DNA from: Vicugna vicugna
Lineage: Eukaryota
NCBI GenBank assembly: GCA_013265495.1
Contig: MU060767.1
Span: 13,395,958-13,459,957 of the forward strand
Reading direction: 5' to 3'
DNA: 64,000 nucleotides
Positions 1-11,811 of the stretch are shown one piece after another. Below the pieces are notes generated by a model, which saw nothing but the letters and a program-made list of their open reading frames with translations, had not been told where the DNA came from and did no database searches. The position numbers and the translations under genes are program-made. Within the stretch, counting starts at the first letter, position 1. Each line of letters begins with the position of its first letter.

Positions 1-461
1 GGAATAAAAGAGAAACTGTGTGACTGGAACTCAGAATGTCGGGGGGAAGTGGTTTTTCCTGGGGCAGGGGAAGGGAGGAGCTGGAGCCTACAGGGGCTTT
101 GAGGGCCATTGATGGTTTTAAAGTAGGGGTTCGGGATCAAATACGGGTTTCAGGGAGACTAGTTAGTAAAGGCTGCAGTGGTTCAGGTGTGCCTTGGAAG
201 TGGACTGTGGTGGGGGAAGTGGAGCTGGAGAGGAGTGGGCATGTTGAGAAGGAGTAGGAAGCATGTGGTGATAACTGGCCATGGGAAAGTGAGGAACATA
301 AAGTGTCAGTGATTCTCCTAGTTTTGCAGCTGTGTAACTGGATGGATAGCAGTGCTGGTTGTTGAGGCTGGAAGACCAGACATACATTTCTCAAAAAACT
401 TTCAGTTAGTTACTAACGAGCTTGGAGAGAGTTTGGAAGAATAACTCGGGTATATTTTAGC

Positions 462-626
462 AGGGAGAGAGGGTATATAGGTCAGTGGTAGAGTGCATGC
501 CTAGCATGCATTTAAGTCCTGGGTTCAATCCCAGTACCTCCATTTAAAAATGATAATAAATAAATAAATAGATAAATAAACCTAATTATTTCGCCAACAA
601 AACAAAACAAAAACAAATGGGAAAAA
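462..626 (+). mobile_element. tRNA-derived SINE of the Camelidae type (Vic-1-like)
   Basis: tRNA-like head with A-box-like (AGGTCAGTGG) and B-box (GGTTCAATCCC) motifs, then TAAA repeats and an A-rich tail. Flanked by imperfect 14-bp TSDs GGGTATATTTTAGC (448-461) and GAGTGTATTTTAGC (627-640). Confidence 0.85.
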
Positions 627-684
627 GAGTGTATTTTAGCTCAGAAGAAATTTTTTCAAGCATATGATTAGATTAATTTTAGGA

Positions 685-1430
685 TTTAATTTTTTTGATT
701 GAGACAGAATTCAGACAACATACAGTTAGCCATCTGAAAGCGTACAGTTCAGTGGCATTTAGTTTATTCACAGTGTTGTGCAGCCACCACTTCTCTCTAG
801 TTTCAAAACTTTTTTATCACTCCAGAATAACACTTCATTAAAGAAAATCACTTGCCATTCCTCCCTCCCCATATTGCCTGGCAACCACTAATCTGCTTTC
901 TGTCTCTCTGGATTTGCCTGTTCTGGACAGTTCATATGAAAGGGATCATACAATATGTGACTTGTTGTGATTGGCTTCTTTACTAAGTATAAAGCTTTTA
1001 AAGTCATCCAACTTGTATCATGTGTCAGTATTTCATTCCTTTTTATGGCTGAGTTTAAATATTTTTTATAATAATTAAACAATGTGTTTATCCATTCATC
1101 CATTGATGGACATTTAGGCTATTTATACTTTGTAGCTATTGGAAATAATACTGCTATCAACATTTGTGAACAGGTATGTTTTTACTGAGTACCTGTTTTT
1201 AATTCTTTTGGGTATATACTTAGGAGTGGAATTTGCTGAGTCACAGGGTAATTCTGTGTTTAACTTCTTAAAGAACCACCAAGATTTCCACAGCAGCTGC
1301 ACCTGCACCATTTTACATCCCATAAGCAATATATGAAGGTTCCAGTTCCTTCATATACTCAACAATACTTATTTTCTATTTTTCTTATAGCCATTCTAGT
1401 TGGTGGAAAGTGGATTCTCATTATGGTGTT
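685..1430 (-). mobile_element. L1M-type LINE-1 3' fragment
   Basis: Typical reverse-oriented L1MA/MB 3'UTR phrases (CAGTGGCATTTAGT, CCTGGCAACCACTAATCT, GAGTGGAATTTGCTG). Boundaries approximate. Confidence 0.8.
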
Positions 1431-1454
1431 TTTTTTTTAATGATAATTCTCAAA

Positions 1455-2205
1455 TGTAACTTTTTACTGTGGTAAAAAATATATTTATATGTATAACATG
1501 AAATTTACCATTTAACCATTTTCAAGTGTGCAGTACAGTGACATTAAGTACATTCACATTGCTGTGCAACCATCACCACCGTACATCTCCAGAACTTTTT
1601 TAGCTTCCTAAACTGAAATTCTGTACCCATTAAACAATAACTCCCCATTCCCCACTCCTCCCCAGCCCTTGGCAACTACCGTTCTATTTTCTGCCTCTGT
1701 GACTTTGACTACTGTCACATAATAGCACATCACAGAGTGTTTGTCCTTTTATGTCTGGCTTATTTCATTTAGCATAATGGCTTCAAGATTCATCCATGTT
1801 GGAGCATGTGTCAGTTTCATCCCTTTCTAAAGCTGAAAAATACTCTGTTGTGTGTATATATCACATTTTGCTTATCCATTCATTTGTCAACGGACATTTG
1901 GGTAGTTTCTACCTTCTGTGAGTATTGCTGCTGTGAACATGGATGTAGAAATGTCTTTTCAAGACCTTGCTTTCAATTCTTTTGCATGTATACCCAGAGA
2001 TGGAATTCCTGGATCAAATGACAGTATGGTGGTTTGTCAAAAAATTAAACATAGTGATTACACCATTTTTACATTCCTACCAACAATGCACAGGGCTTCC
2101 AGTTTCTCCATATCCTCATCAATACTTGCCATTTTAAGTTTTTTAGATAATAACCATCCCAGTGGGTGTGGTTTTGATGTGCATTTCTTTAATGACCAAT
2201 AATAC
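1455..2205 (-). mobile_element. Second L1M-type (L1MB-like) 3' fragment
   Basis: AAATTTACCATTT...AAGTACATTCACATTGCTGTGCAACCATCACCAC motif series. Boundaries approximate. Confidence 0.8.
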
Positions 2206-2279
2206 TGATATATTCAGGGTACTTCTGGTGAACTCTCACAAAATATGCTAAGAATATCTTATTTTGGACTTTTTGGTAG

Positions 2280-2470
2280 CTCCTGTCTTCGTTCCTGGCT
2301 AGAACAAGACACTTCCTGCCCAACGTGCAGGATGTCTCTTAATATTGCTGACAGTAATCGTGTCAGGGAAGACCATCAAGGAGAGAACTTGGATGAGAAT
2401 TTGGTTCCTGTAGCTGCAGCCGAAGGCAGACCTCGCTTAAACCAACACAATCACTTCTTCCACTTTGACG
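2280..2470 (+). CDS. AMFR: AMFR internal exon (probably exon 9; 191 nt): C-terminal half of RING-H2 and linker, (N)SCLRSWLEQDTSCPTCRMSLNIADSNRVREDHQGENLDENLVPVAAAEGRPRLNQHNHFFHFD
   Basis: AG at 2278-2279 and GT at 2471-2472. The translation matches gp78 as I recall it. The phase-1 end (G|GG) joins the next exon in frame. Confidence 0.97.
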
Positions 2471-3879
2471 GTTAGTTGGTCTCAATTCTAAAACCATGCC
2501 CAAGGGGTTTTCTTCCCTTAGTAAGTTGCCCTGTGTGGGTGAGTTTAATACTATATTTCAGTTTTAATTGAAAATGTTCACTAAGTTTAGATAGCACTGA
2601 GGGGTTATTTTGTGCCAGGCGTTTTGCTAGAGTCTGTGTGAACTTGGAGGAGGGGAGGAGGGGAGGTGGAAGTAGTTAAAACTGAATCAAGTGTACCTGT
2701 AAGGAGCACTCTTAATCAGTTTAATGTAAGTTAACCATTGCTAATAATTTATTGCATTGGTCTAATACTTAAGCATATAATGGTCATTGCGTAGCCTTTC
2801 TGGTGAGTACCAGAAGCAGATTCTGAACTGGAACCCGTTGTCCATAAAATATGAATATTCCACCTTCCAGAATGTTGCTAGGGGTTGTAATAAAACCATA
2901 CTTAAAACTCTAAGGCCATGGGCACCATATCAGGGGCTGGTTGATCATCCTTCTTTAATTCACATTACATCAGGCTGTTGTTGATTTTCATCAATTCTAA
3001 TACCACTAAATTCTGTGAGTTCGTATTTCTTACTATAAAATAGGTATCCCTGGGCTATTTAGTAGGAGGAGTGCTCCTCAGGTCTCTGATTTGAGTTTCT
3101 CAGGGTGGAGCATGGTGGGAGTGGTGGCACATTAAAATCTCTGATAGAAAGGATGGGAGGAGTGGAGTCAGCTGTCTGAGAGGAGCGATGATGGCTTCTT
3201 GGCTGGCTGGGCCAGGAATGTTGGACAGGTGTAGATGGGCTGCTCTGTGGCTCTTAATTAAGGCCTCTACCATGTATAATTTCTGAAATAGTGTAGCAGA
3301 TCTTGGACACTGGTCCTGGCTTTGTCATCATTATTTTATGAATTATTGCTGAAAACTTAGTCAAAATAGATAGTCAAATTTATTTCTCCCTAGTAAGTAC
3401 ATGAAATAAGTATCTCGCTTTTTATTGGGCACAATCTGTCAGGCAAGACCTTTGAGACAGCCATTGAACTTATTTTGTATTCTGAGCCTCAGTGCTTCTT
3501 TGTGAAAGAAAGGAAAATTCTCCTTAGATGTGTGGCTTGATGCCGAGACCTGGTGGTGGTGGTACATCTTAGGAGTCCCTTTCCTTAGAGAAATGGCAGA
3601 AGCAGCAGAATCTCCGTACTGTTAGTCCACCTGCCTGTGTTGTAGAACTCTTTGAAAAGAATTTTAAAGCAGAAAACTAAGGTCTTTAAAGCAGATTGTT
3701 AAGTAGAAAATTCTTCGTGAAAATATGCCTCCAAATGAGTAGTAGTGTGAAGGAGAGGAGCAAAACCTTCTCTGTGTGGCAGCTTTAGAACCTTGAAAAC
3801 TTTCCTTATAATGTAGGCTGTGAGAGTGGGTTGAGTTAGTGTGAATCCAGAGCCCCTGGAAAGCAGGAAAGTCCAGTAG

Positions 3880-4100
3880 TGAAGTGTTCCGGAGCCTGAC
3901 CGGCTTCAAGTCCTGGCCACCATAATTAAATGGCGTGATCTTTGGCAAATTACATAACTTCTTAGTGCCTTGAGGACCGATAAGAGTACTGGGGTCAAAT
4001 CTCTGAGAAGAGTAAAATGGGAATAATAATAGATGGTTTTATTGGGGATTAATTGAGCTAATATACCTGGAACACTTGGTCAAAAGGCTTGGTATAAAGT
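3880..4100 (+). mobile_element. MIR SINE, degraded
   Basis: Similarity to the MIR core (GATCTTTGGCAAATTACATAAC...GTAAAATGGGAATAATAATAG). Confidence 0.6.
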
Positions 4101-4204
4101 AGCCCCAGTGGATACCAGCTGCTATCACAGAGTGGCCGACTGTGGAGCAGATGACACAAGGAGAGGGGTCTCTAAAACTTGCGCTGGATTCTCGTTTGTT
4201 TTAG

Positions 4205-4308
4205 GGTCCCGGATTGCGAGTTGGCTGCCGAGTTTTTCAGTCGAAGTGATGCATACCACCAACATTCTAGGCATTACGCAAGCGAGCAACTCCCAGCTTA
4301 ATGCAATG
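4205..4308 (+). CDS. AMFR: AMFR exon (probably 10; 104 nt): GSRIASWLPSFSVEVMHTTNILGITQASNSQLNAM
   Basis: Acceptor TTTTAG|GG at 4204/4205 and donor ATG|GTAAGG at 4308/4309; frame continuous with both neighbouring exons. Confidence 0.97.
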
Positions 4309-4687
4309 GTAAGGACCACTTGAGGCTTTTAGAAGACGGTTAATAATCAGGAGGGAAGTAAGAGACGGGAAGCGTGTGCAGTGTCTATGGGCAGAACTGC
4401 AGGATTTTCAGGGACATCTTATTTATTCACTGGGACCACTTAAATTTCTGTGTTTTAAAATTTGAAGCTGATTTGGAAACCAGGTTTTATTTTACTTGTG
4501 TCGGAGATAATCTAACCTTTTCTCAGCTACTAGGTTCACCCTCTTGTAACCTGGGCCAGTCTTAGAACTCCCTTTCTTTTTCACCAAAAATATTTGAGGA
4601 GTTACTGGCTGGAGTGAATGATGTGATTTTTATTAAAAATTGTAGTAATCTACTGAATGTGTTATTTTGATCCCATCTCCTCCCTCC

Positions 4688-5117
4688 NNNNNNNNNNNNN
4701 NNNNNNNNNNNNNNNNNNNNNNNNNNNNNNNNNNNNNNNNNNNNNNNNNNNNNNNNNNNNNNNNNNNNNNNNNNNNNNNNNNNNNNNNNNNNNNNNNNNN
4801 NNNNNNNNNNNNNNNNNNNNNNNNNNNNNNNNNNNNNNNNNNNNNNNNNNNNNNNNNNNNNNNNNNNNNNNNNNNNNNNNNNNNNNNNNNNNNNNNNNNN
4901 NNNNNNNNNNNNNNNNNNNNNNNNNNNNNNNNNNNNNNNNNNNNNNNNNNNNNNNNNNNNNNNNNNNNNNNNNNNNNNNNNNNNNNNNNNNNNNNNNNNN
5001 NNNNNNNNNNNNNNNNNNNNNNNNNNNNNNNNNNNNNNNNNNNNNNNNNNNNNNNNNNNNNNNNNNNNNNNNNNNNNNNNNNNNNNNNNNNNNNNNNNNN
5101 NNNNNNNNNNNNNNNNC
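4688..5117. other. Assembly gap (N run); further gaps at 19443-19617, 20493-20711, 25179-25310 and 58135-58282
   Basis: Read directly from the sequence. Confidence 0.99.
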
Positions 5118-5362
5118 ATGCTGTTGGTTCAAGGATATTGTCCAAATATTTTAAGATTCTCTGTATTTTTCTAAAGCTTTGTCATATGGTGTGTAGTTTT
5201 ATTTTACAGTGTTGAAGAATCAGGGTTCACCATTGCTGAAATGTAGTGTTCATTTTGCTAGTAAATGCAGGAGTCTTAAAATGCAAACTGTCTTAGTCCT
5301 ACCTGGATAGGGCCTCTGGCTGTCCTGGGTAAGCCTGGCCAGCACTTCAGAAAGTCATCGGT

Positions 5363-6700
5363 TCATTTGTTTATTCATTCATTTATCTTAATGTATTTAT
5401 TCAACAGATTTGCACTGAATGCCTTTCCCGATGCAGGCACTGTGCAGTGTCAGCAAGGTGGACATGAGCCCTGCTCTCAAGAACTGTGAATTCTACTTGA
5501 GGGGACTGATTATAAACACAAACAAACAAGATCGTTGCAGATGGAGATGGGGGCTCTGAAGGCAGTAAGACAGGTGATGTGGTGGAGTGATGGGTAAAGG
5601 CTGTGCTAGAGGAGACATTCAGAGAAGTCTCAGGAGGTGCTGTTTAAGCTAAGACATGAAGGATGAGAAGGAGGCAGATCGGGGAAAAAGACAGTGGAAA
5701 CAGTATATACAGAGGCCATGAGGTGAGGATGTTCTGGAAACAGAGGTGATTGCGGTTGGAACTAAGATTGTGACAAAAATTGAGATTGCAGAGCCAAGGC
5801 ATGCAGGGATTTGTAGGCCACGATCCAGTTTAGATTCTGTAATGAAAGCATTGGAAGGCCATTCAGGACCTTTTTTTCTCCGCCAGGGGACTGACAGCAC
5901 AGGTAGCAGAGAATGATTACTTCTGAGAGAATGACTTAGAGGGGCCAAAATGGAAGCAGTGAGACCAGCTAGGAGGCTGTTGCAGTAGTTCAGGGAAAAA
6001 AAAAAATACGGTGGCTTATACCAGGGCATTGACAATAAAGATGAAAAGAAGTGGCAGATTTAAGATGCTTTTTGAAGATGAACCAACAGGACTTGATTTG
6101 GATGCTTTGTTTTGGTGCTTGGATTTGGATGTAGGGTAATGAGGTGAGGGAAGGGTTGGTTTTCAGTTAAGCAGCTTAGCAAATTGTGGCATCATGTATT
6201 GAGATGGGCAGGACTAGGGGAGAAACAGGATGGAGGACAGGGACCCGGCCTGCTCAGCTTCCCGTTTGCTGGGAAAGTTGGGTGTCTGTGAGACATCCAA
6301 GTACAGATGTCATGTAGGCAGTTCTGAACCCCAGTAGAGAGATCAAGCTGGAGATCGACAATGGGAGTTCTAAGTTCTAGAGGACTGGATCTCTTTGAGT
6401 GAGAGTAAGTAGCTCCCAAAGAGAAGAAGGCTCAGGGCTGAGGTCAGGCGGAGAAGGAGGAGCCATGGCAGCGATTGAGAAGGAAGGAAACAGGGAGAAG
6501 GCGGCAAGTCAGGCACGTGGGAATTCTGAGACGCTGATGTCAGGGAAGTGCATGTTGGGTTTGGCAGAGTGGAGGTGGTTGATTAGCTGGAGAGGAACAG
6601 GCAGTTTCTGTGTCTTGAGGGATTGAATACTAGACGATTGGATTGGAGAATGAGTGGGAGCTGAAGACAAAGCCGCTATCTGGCAGTGTGTTGTAAAGGG
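5363..6700 (-). mobile_element. L2 LINE 3' portion
   Basis: TTCATTCATT...CAACAG...GGCACTGTGC 3'-end signature in reverse, followed by typical purine-rich L2 body. Boundaries approximate. Confidence 0.7.
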
Positions 6701-6994
6701 AGCTGAGAGGTAGAGGGGGTGTCTTGATAGGAGTGTGCTGTCAGGGGAGTGTTTGTTAATATATTTTTAAGAGATTTTCAGACAGACCATTTATCCACAA
6801 ATTTCAAAACCTGCCGAGGAGTATCCAGTGAAGTCACGCTCCTGTCCTTTCCTCCAGCCACCCAGACATCCTCCTCTCCCGCAATGAGTTTGATTAGTTT
6901 CTTCTGTGTTGTGTTCTTTCAGAATGTTCACGTGCACATACGAGCAGATGCTGAGTATGTATTCTTTTTCTTTTCCCCATGGGTGGTCTTTTTT

Positions 6995-7530
6995 TTCTGT
7001 TTGTTTTCAAATTGTGATAAAATATGCGTACCATAAAATTGATGATCTGAACCATTTTTAAGTACAGTTTGGGGCTATTGTGTACATTCATATGCTTGTG
7101 CAGCTGTTGCCACCATCCCATCTCCAGAACCCTTTTCATCCTGCAAAACTGAAACTCCATACCCAATAAACAGTAACTCCCTTTTGCTCCTCCCCAGCCC
7201 CTTGGCAACCACCATTCTACTTTTTTTCTCTGTGGATTTGACTACTTTAAGTTCCTCATAGAGGCAGAATCATACAGTATTTATCTTTGTGTGACTGGCT
7301 TATTTTACTAAGCTTTATATTCTCAAGGTTTGACTACGTTGTAGCATGTGTCAGAATTTCCTTCCTTTTTAAGGTCTGTCCATGGTATGGATAGACCACA
7401 GTTTGCTTATCTGTTCATCTTTGGTACACACTTGGATTGCTTCCATGTTTTAGCGATTGTGAATAATGGGACTGTGAACATGGGTGTACAGACATCTGCT
7501 GGAGACCCTGCTTTCAGTTCTTTTGAGTAC
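6995..7530 (-). mobile_element. L1MB-like 3' fragment
   Basis: Same L1M 3'UTR motif series as 1455-2205. Confidence 0.8.
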
Positions 7531-7739
7531 CCAAGGGTCTTTTTTAAAAGATTCTAAAGTATGTTTGGTATGCAAATAGGAGTAATCACTAGAGGGGGAG
7601 AGATTGATGGTATAGAACAAACAGGAAAGTTAACTGAAGGCAAAGGCTTGGAGGCAGAGGGTGGGACTGGGAGCAGAAGAGAGGCATTCACCTTTGTCAG
7701 GAGGAGGAATAGACATGGCTACTGGTATGTTGTTTTGAG

Positions 7740-8210
7740 ATACGCTTTAAAAAGAAGGCATGGCTCAATAACCGAGGTAGAAGCAACCTGAATGTCCATG
7801 AGAGATGAAGAGATTGTGAAAATGGTCTATCCACACAGTGGAATATTATTTAGGCTTTAAAAATGAAGAAAATCCTCTCATATTTTACACCATTGATAAA
7901 CTTTGAGGCTATTGTGCTAAGTGAAATAAGCCAGTCACAAAAAAGACAAATACTGCATGATTCCACTTACCTGAGGTTTCTAAATTACTCAGACTCTTAG
8001 AAAGTAGAATGGTGGTTGCAAGGGGCTGGGGGTGGAGCTGGGAGGGGGAATGGGGAGTTGCTGTTCAATGGGTGTCGAGTTTCAGTTTTGCGAGATGAAC
8101 TGTTTCTGGAGATCTGTTGCACAGCATTGTGCATATAGTTAACAGTACTTTACACTTAAAATGGTTAAGATGGGAAATTTTACGTTATATGATTCTGAAC
8201 ATAAAAAAAA
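7740..8210 (+). mobile_element. L1MB-like 3' fragment with A-tail
   Basis: GGAATATTATT...GTGAAATAAGCCAGTCACAAAAAAGACAAATACTG...AAAATGGTTAAGATGG, ending in an A-run near 8203-8210. Confidence 0.85.
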
Positions 8211-9289
8211 CAACCTAGTTTCCTGCTGGCTTCTGCTTTCTTAGCGAAGAACTCAGCCAGATCACTAGCAGAGAGTGACGACATGAGGGCAGGTCTAGGA
8301 GTGCGGTAGCTTCCCGCGGCCACTGACTGGCTCAGGACAGGCTCTGTGTGGGAACTTCAGGGTCAGGCAGCTGTGGAAGCCTTTTAGATGGATCACCTCA
8401 CCTGCCTGCCCCCTTAAAAAATCAGAATTCATGGGCATGTAACCCTCCCAGGAGTAAGAATTACCTTCTTGGAGTTGGTGTGTTTAGAATTCTTAGCAGG
8501 TCCTGGTGCTCTCCAGTTTCACGATGGATTGGAATAGCTATTTATAGCAGAACTTATTTACTGGCACTGTACATTTTTTATAAAGATCTGATATTTAACT
8601 TGCTGGATTTTCTGGAAGAAAAGCTTCACTGAGTAAAATGAATCTTGGATTTTTTTTTTAATTTGGGAAATGAGAGAGGAGCGTTTTCAGAAGAGAGAAG
8701 AATGTTATCTGATTATGGAGGTCATTTTGGACTGTTACCCAGTTAGCTTGATTTGACCTGGGTTTTAAAAAATGATCAACTTAAATTCATAGAAACAGTG
8801 AGGGGATCTCAGGCTCATGGATTGGCGGGTCCTTGTGCCATACATGCCTGTTTTGTCCTCCCTGCCCAGCGACGACTCCGGGCAAAGCTTTGTGCAGATT
8901 TCACCCTGATCTTTCGTTTTCCGACCCTGACATTGAGACACATCCCCTCTTTCTACAGTTACAACGACAGGCCCCTTAGGAACCGCTATCCCGACAGTAG
9001 ACCCTAACTAAAGCAGTGATATTTTTCCTCCTCTTTTTCCCTTTTGCTCATTGGGACTTTCCACAAGTAAAACCTTATACGTAAGCATCTTTAAAATAAA
9101 TACAGATGTATGAAAAAAAATCTGAAGCTGCTCTGATTAAAGTCCAGGCGGGTGGTGGTGTGCCAAGATCTGTGCCTGCTCCCCACTGTGCACCCCAGAG
9201 CCCTGATGGCCTCGGAGGCATTTCTAGAGTATAGTTTGAAACTACAGCTCCATAGCAATATTAGGAATTCACGTTCTTTATCATCTTTT

Positions 9290-9600
9290 TTTTTCAAGTT
9301 GAGGTTAAATTTATATACAATAAATTTACTTTTTTGGTATCCATTTCTATGAGTTTTGTCAAACTCTCAGTCATGTAACCACTACCATAATCAAGATTTA
9401 GAGCAGTTCTGTTCCCCCTCCCCCCATTTTATTATTCCCCATAGTAATCACTTTCTTTCCCACCTGTCCCTATAATTTCTTTATTCCAGAATGTCATATA
9501 AATGGAATCGTATAGTACATAGCCTTTTGAGTAGAGCTGCTTTCTCTTAATATAATGCATTTGAACTTTATCCATGTAGTTTGTATCCAAAGTTTGCTCC
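9290..9600 (-). mobile_element. Old L1M (L1MC/ME-like) 3' fragment
   Basis: T-run then TTGAGGTTAAATTTATATAC...CATGTAACCACTACC...CATATAAATGGAATC. Confidence 0.6.
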
Positions 9601-9901
9601 TTTTAGGAATTGTATCTTTAAGAAGAACACATTTGTATACCTGAGTTTTACTGAGCTTTCAAATGAACACGTTTTAAAACTAGAATATTCTAGTTTAGCC
9701 TTTCTCAAGATCCAGCTGGATTTCTGTGCCTTTTTTTAAAAGTTGAAGCTATCCCCCTGTTTTCTGTTTGGCATCCTGGAAAAATACTAGAAGGACTGCA
9801 GTTTGACAGTGATCTGCAGCATAAAGGTGGCCCCTTACTTGTGTTTTCAAGGGAGGTCACCAAGTTCAGTACCTGCCAAACACCATGACTTTTGTGACTA
9901 A

Positions 9902-10087
<186 letters not shown>

Positions 10088-10364
10088 TAAGGTTTCAAAC
10101 GTGACAAATCGATTCTGTCTTCATAAAAATTTAATCTTCTAGATTCACTTTTTAGTTAACAGCTGAGTATCATTTATAATTTGCTGAAGGGTTTCTGTGA
10201 ATTCCCTAACTTTCCAAATTATGACAGAGAACAGACCTATTCAAGAGGCTTGGTAAGTTAAGGACAAGTGTATTTGGCTAATTTTTTTGTAGCTGTACAC
10301 CCCTAACCAGCCTGCCCTTACCAGTCCAGGAAGTCATAGCATCATTTACTTTAGGACAAGAATG

Positions 10365-10572
10365 GGTAGTCTTTTTCTATAAAGAGCAGATTGAAATATT
10401 TTAGGCTCTGTGAGCCATGCATTGTCTATTGTAACTTCTCAATTCTGCATTGTAGCAGTAAAGCGGCCATGGACAACATGTAGATGAATGTGCATGACTG
10501 TGTTCCAGTAAAACTTTATTGACAAAAACAGTTGGAGAGGTACTTGGTCCACAGGCTGTGGTTTGCCAACCC
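10365..10572. mobile_element. MER58-like hAT-Charlie non-autonomous element
   Basis: TTTTCTATAAAG...AATATTTTAGGCT...GTTCCAGTAAAACTTTATT...GTTTGCCAACCCC, matching MER58 as I recall it. Confidence 0.75.
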
Positions 10573-10964
10573 CAGCCATAGGAGATGTTGCCATCTGTCC
10601 CTGGTTGGCTTTGCATATTGGTATGGCTTTCCATTGGGTATAATTCCTGTCTCTGTGAGGCTTTTATTTTTGACCTTTTTTTAAAAAGGTCGTATTTCCT
10701 GATCCGTCATATAAGCTCTTTGATGGGTACAAGAACTATTAACATTTTAAAAGCAAGCTTTCTGGCAAGACCAAGGAATAAATTTATAATCAGGGAATCA
10801 TATACCAAGAAATGACTCAACTTTAGTATGCAAAAGCATGGAAATCTGCTAGTAACATTTTAAAACTTGAGAATCTTTAAAGAGGGAATGAGCCTGGACT
10901 TAGGAGTCAAGGGGTCTGAGGTATTGGAGGTGGCTCAGCAGTCCTTAGCTGTTTGACCTGGCTG

Positions 10965-11370
10965 TTGAGTTTGGATTTCCCCAGGAGCAGACCCTGAAAT
11001 AAGAATTTGAATGCCAGTAGTTAATTTGGGAAGTGTTCCAGGAAACACAGGGAGCAGGTGGGGCTGTGAGACAGACAAAGGGTTTGTTACCCAGCAGACT
11101 ACCATCGTGGGCAACTGGAGCTTGATCCCATTGGTGGCCCCTGGGTCCCAGCATAGAACACATTGTCCTTCCTGAGGGGAGAGGAACCGGGGTGTTTATA
11201 CACCAGCTCCCATAAGTGGTTGGTTGAGGGTCGCCTCCAGGTAGGGCAGTTACCTCACGCAGCCAGAGTGAGTCTTTAGGCAATGAGATACAGAAACTGG
11301 CCAGTTAGCACGCAGGGGCAGACCTGCAGGGATATGGGCCGGGTGCCGAGGTGTCTGTAGTGTGGGCCAC
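10965..11370. mobile_element. MLT1 (ERVL-MaLR) solo LTR, MLT1K/J-like
   Basis: GCAGACCCTGA...AGTAGTTAATTTGGGA...GTGGGCAACTGG motifs. Confidence 0.6.
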
Positions 11371-11727
11371 GATCTCAGCCCGGCTAAAAGTGAGAAAAAC
11401 AGCAGTGCCTTTTTCATAGGGTGTTGAGATGAATGAGATGATCGTGTCAAGGTGTTCTGTCGGTGTTATCTGCTGTTATTTTGCTCTTGTGGCGCAGTTA
11501 CTATTATTGAAGGGAAAACTAATTGTGGAGCCTGTTGATAACTCTCAAACTAATGCCTCAGGCTCTCTTGTCTTTCATCTGAGTAGCAGTCTCATTTCTT
11601 TGTTGCTGTGGGGTTTGTTGAACTCAGACCGTGTTGCGGTCATAGCTCCCCAACCCTCCAGGTTCTCCCTTACCTGTTCTTTGAGTTGGGAGCGGCTCTA
11701 CTGTCTGTGGTGCTGTTTCTCTTTCAG

Positions 11728-11811
11728 CGGTCAGATAGCATTAGACCTGCACTGAACAGTCCTGTGGAAAGGCCAAACGGCGACCAGGAGGAGGGAGAAG
11801 CTTCTGCTCAG
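11728..11811 (+). CDS. AMFR: AMFR exon (probably 12; 84 nt): RSDSIRPALNSPVERPNGDQEEGEASAQ
   Basis: TTTCAG|CGG acceptor and CAG|GTAAGG donor; phase 0-0. Confidence 0.96.

Noticed and set aside
470-540. tRNA gene
   Set aside because: The tRNA-like head continues into a SINE tail flanked by TSDs, and the cloverleaf is not intact.
4562-5215. ORFs of X residues (also near 19.4-19.7, 20.4-20.7, 25.1-25.4 and 58.0-58.4 kb)
   Set aside because: Artefacts of N gaps.
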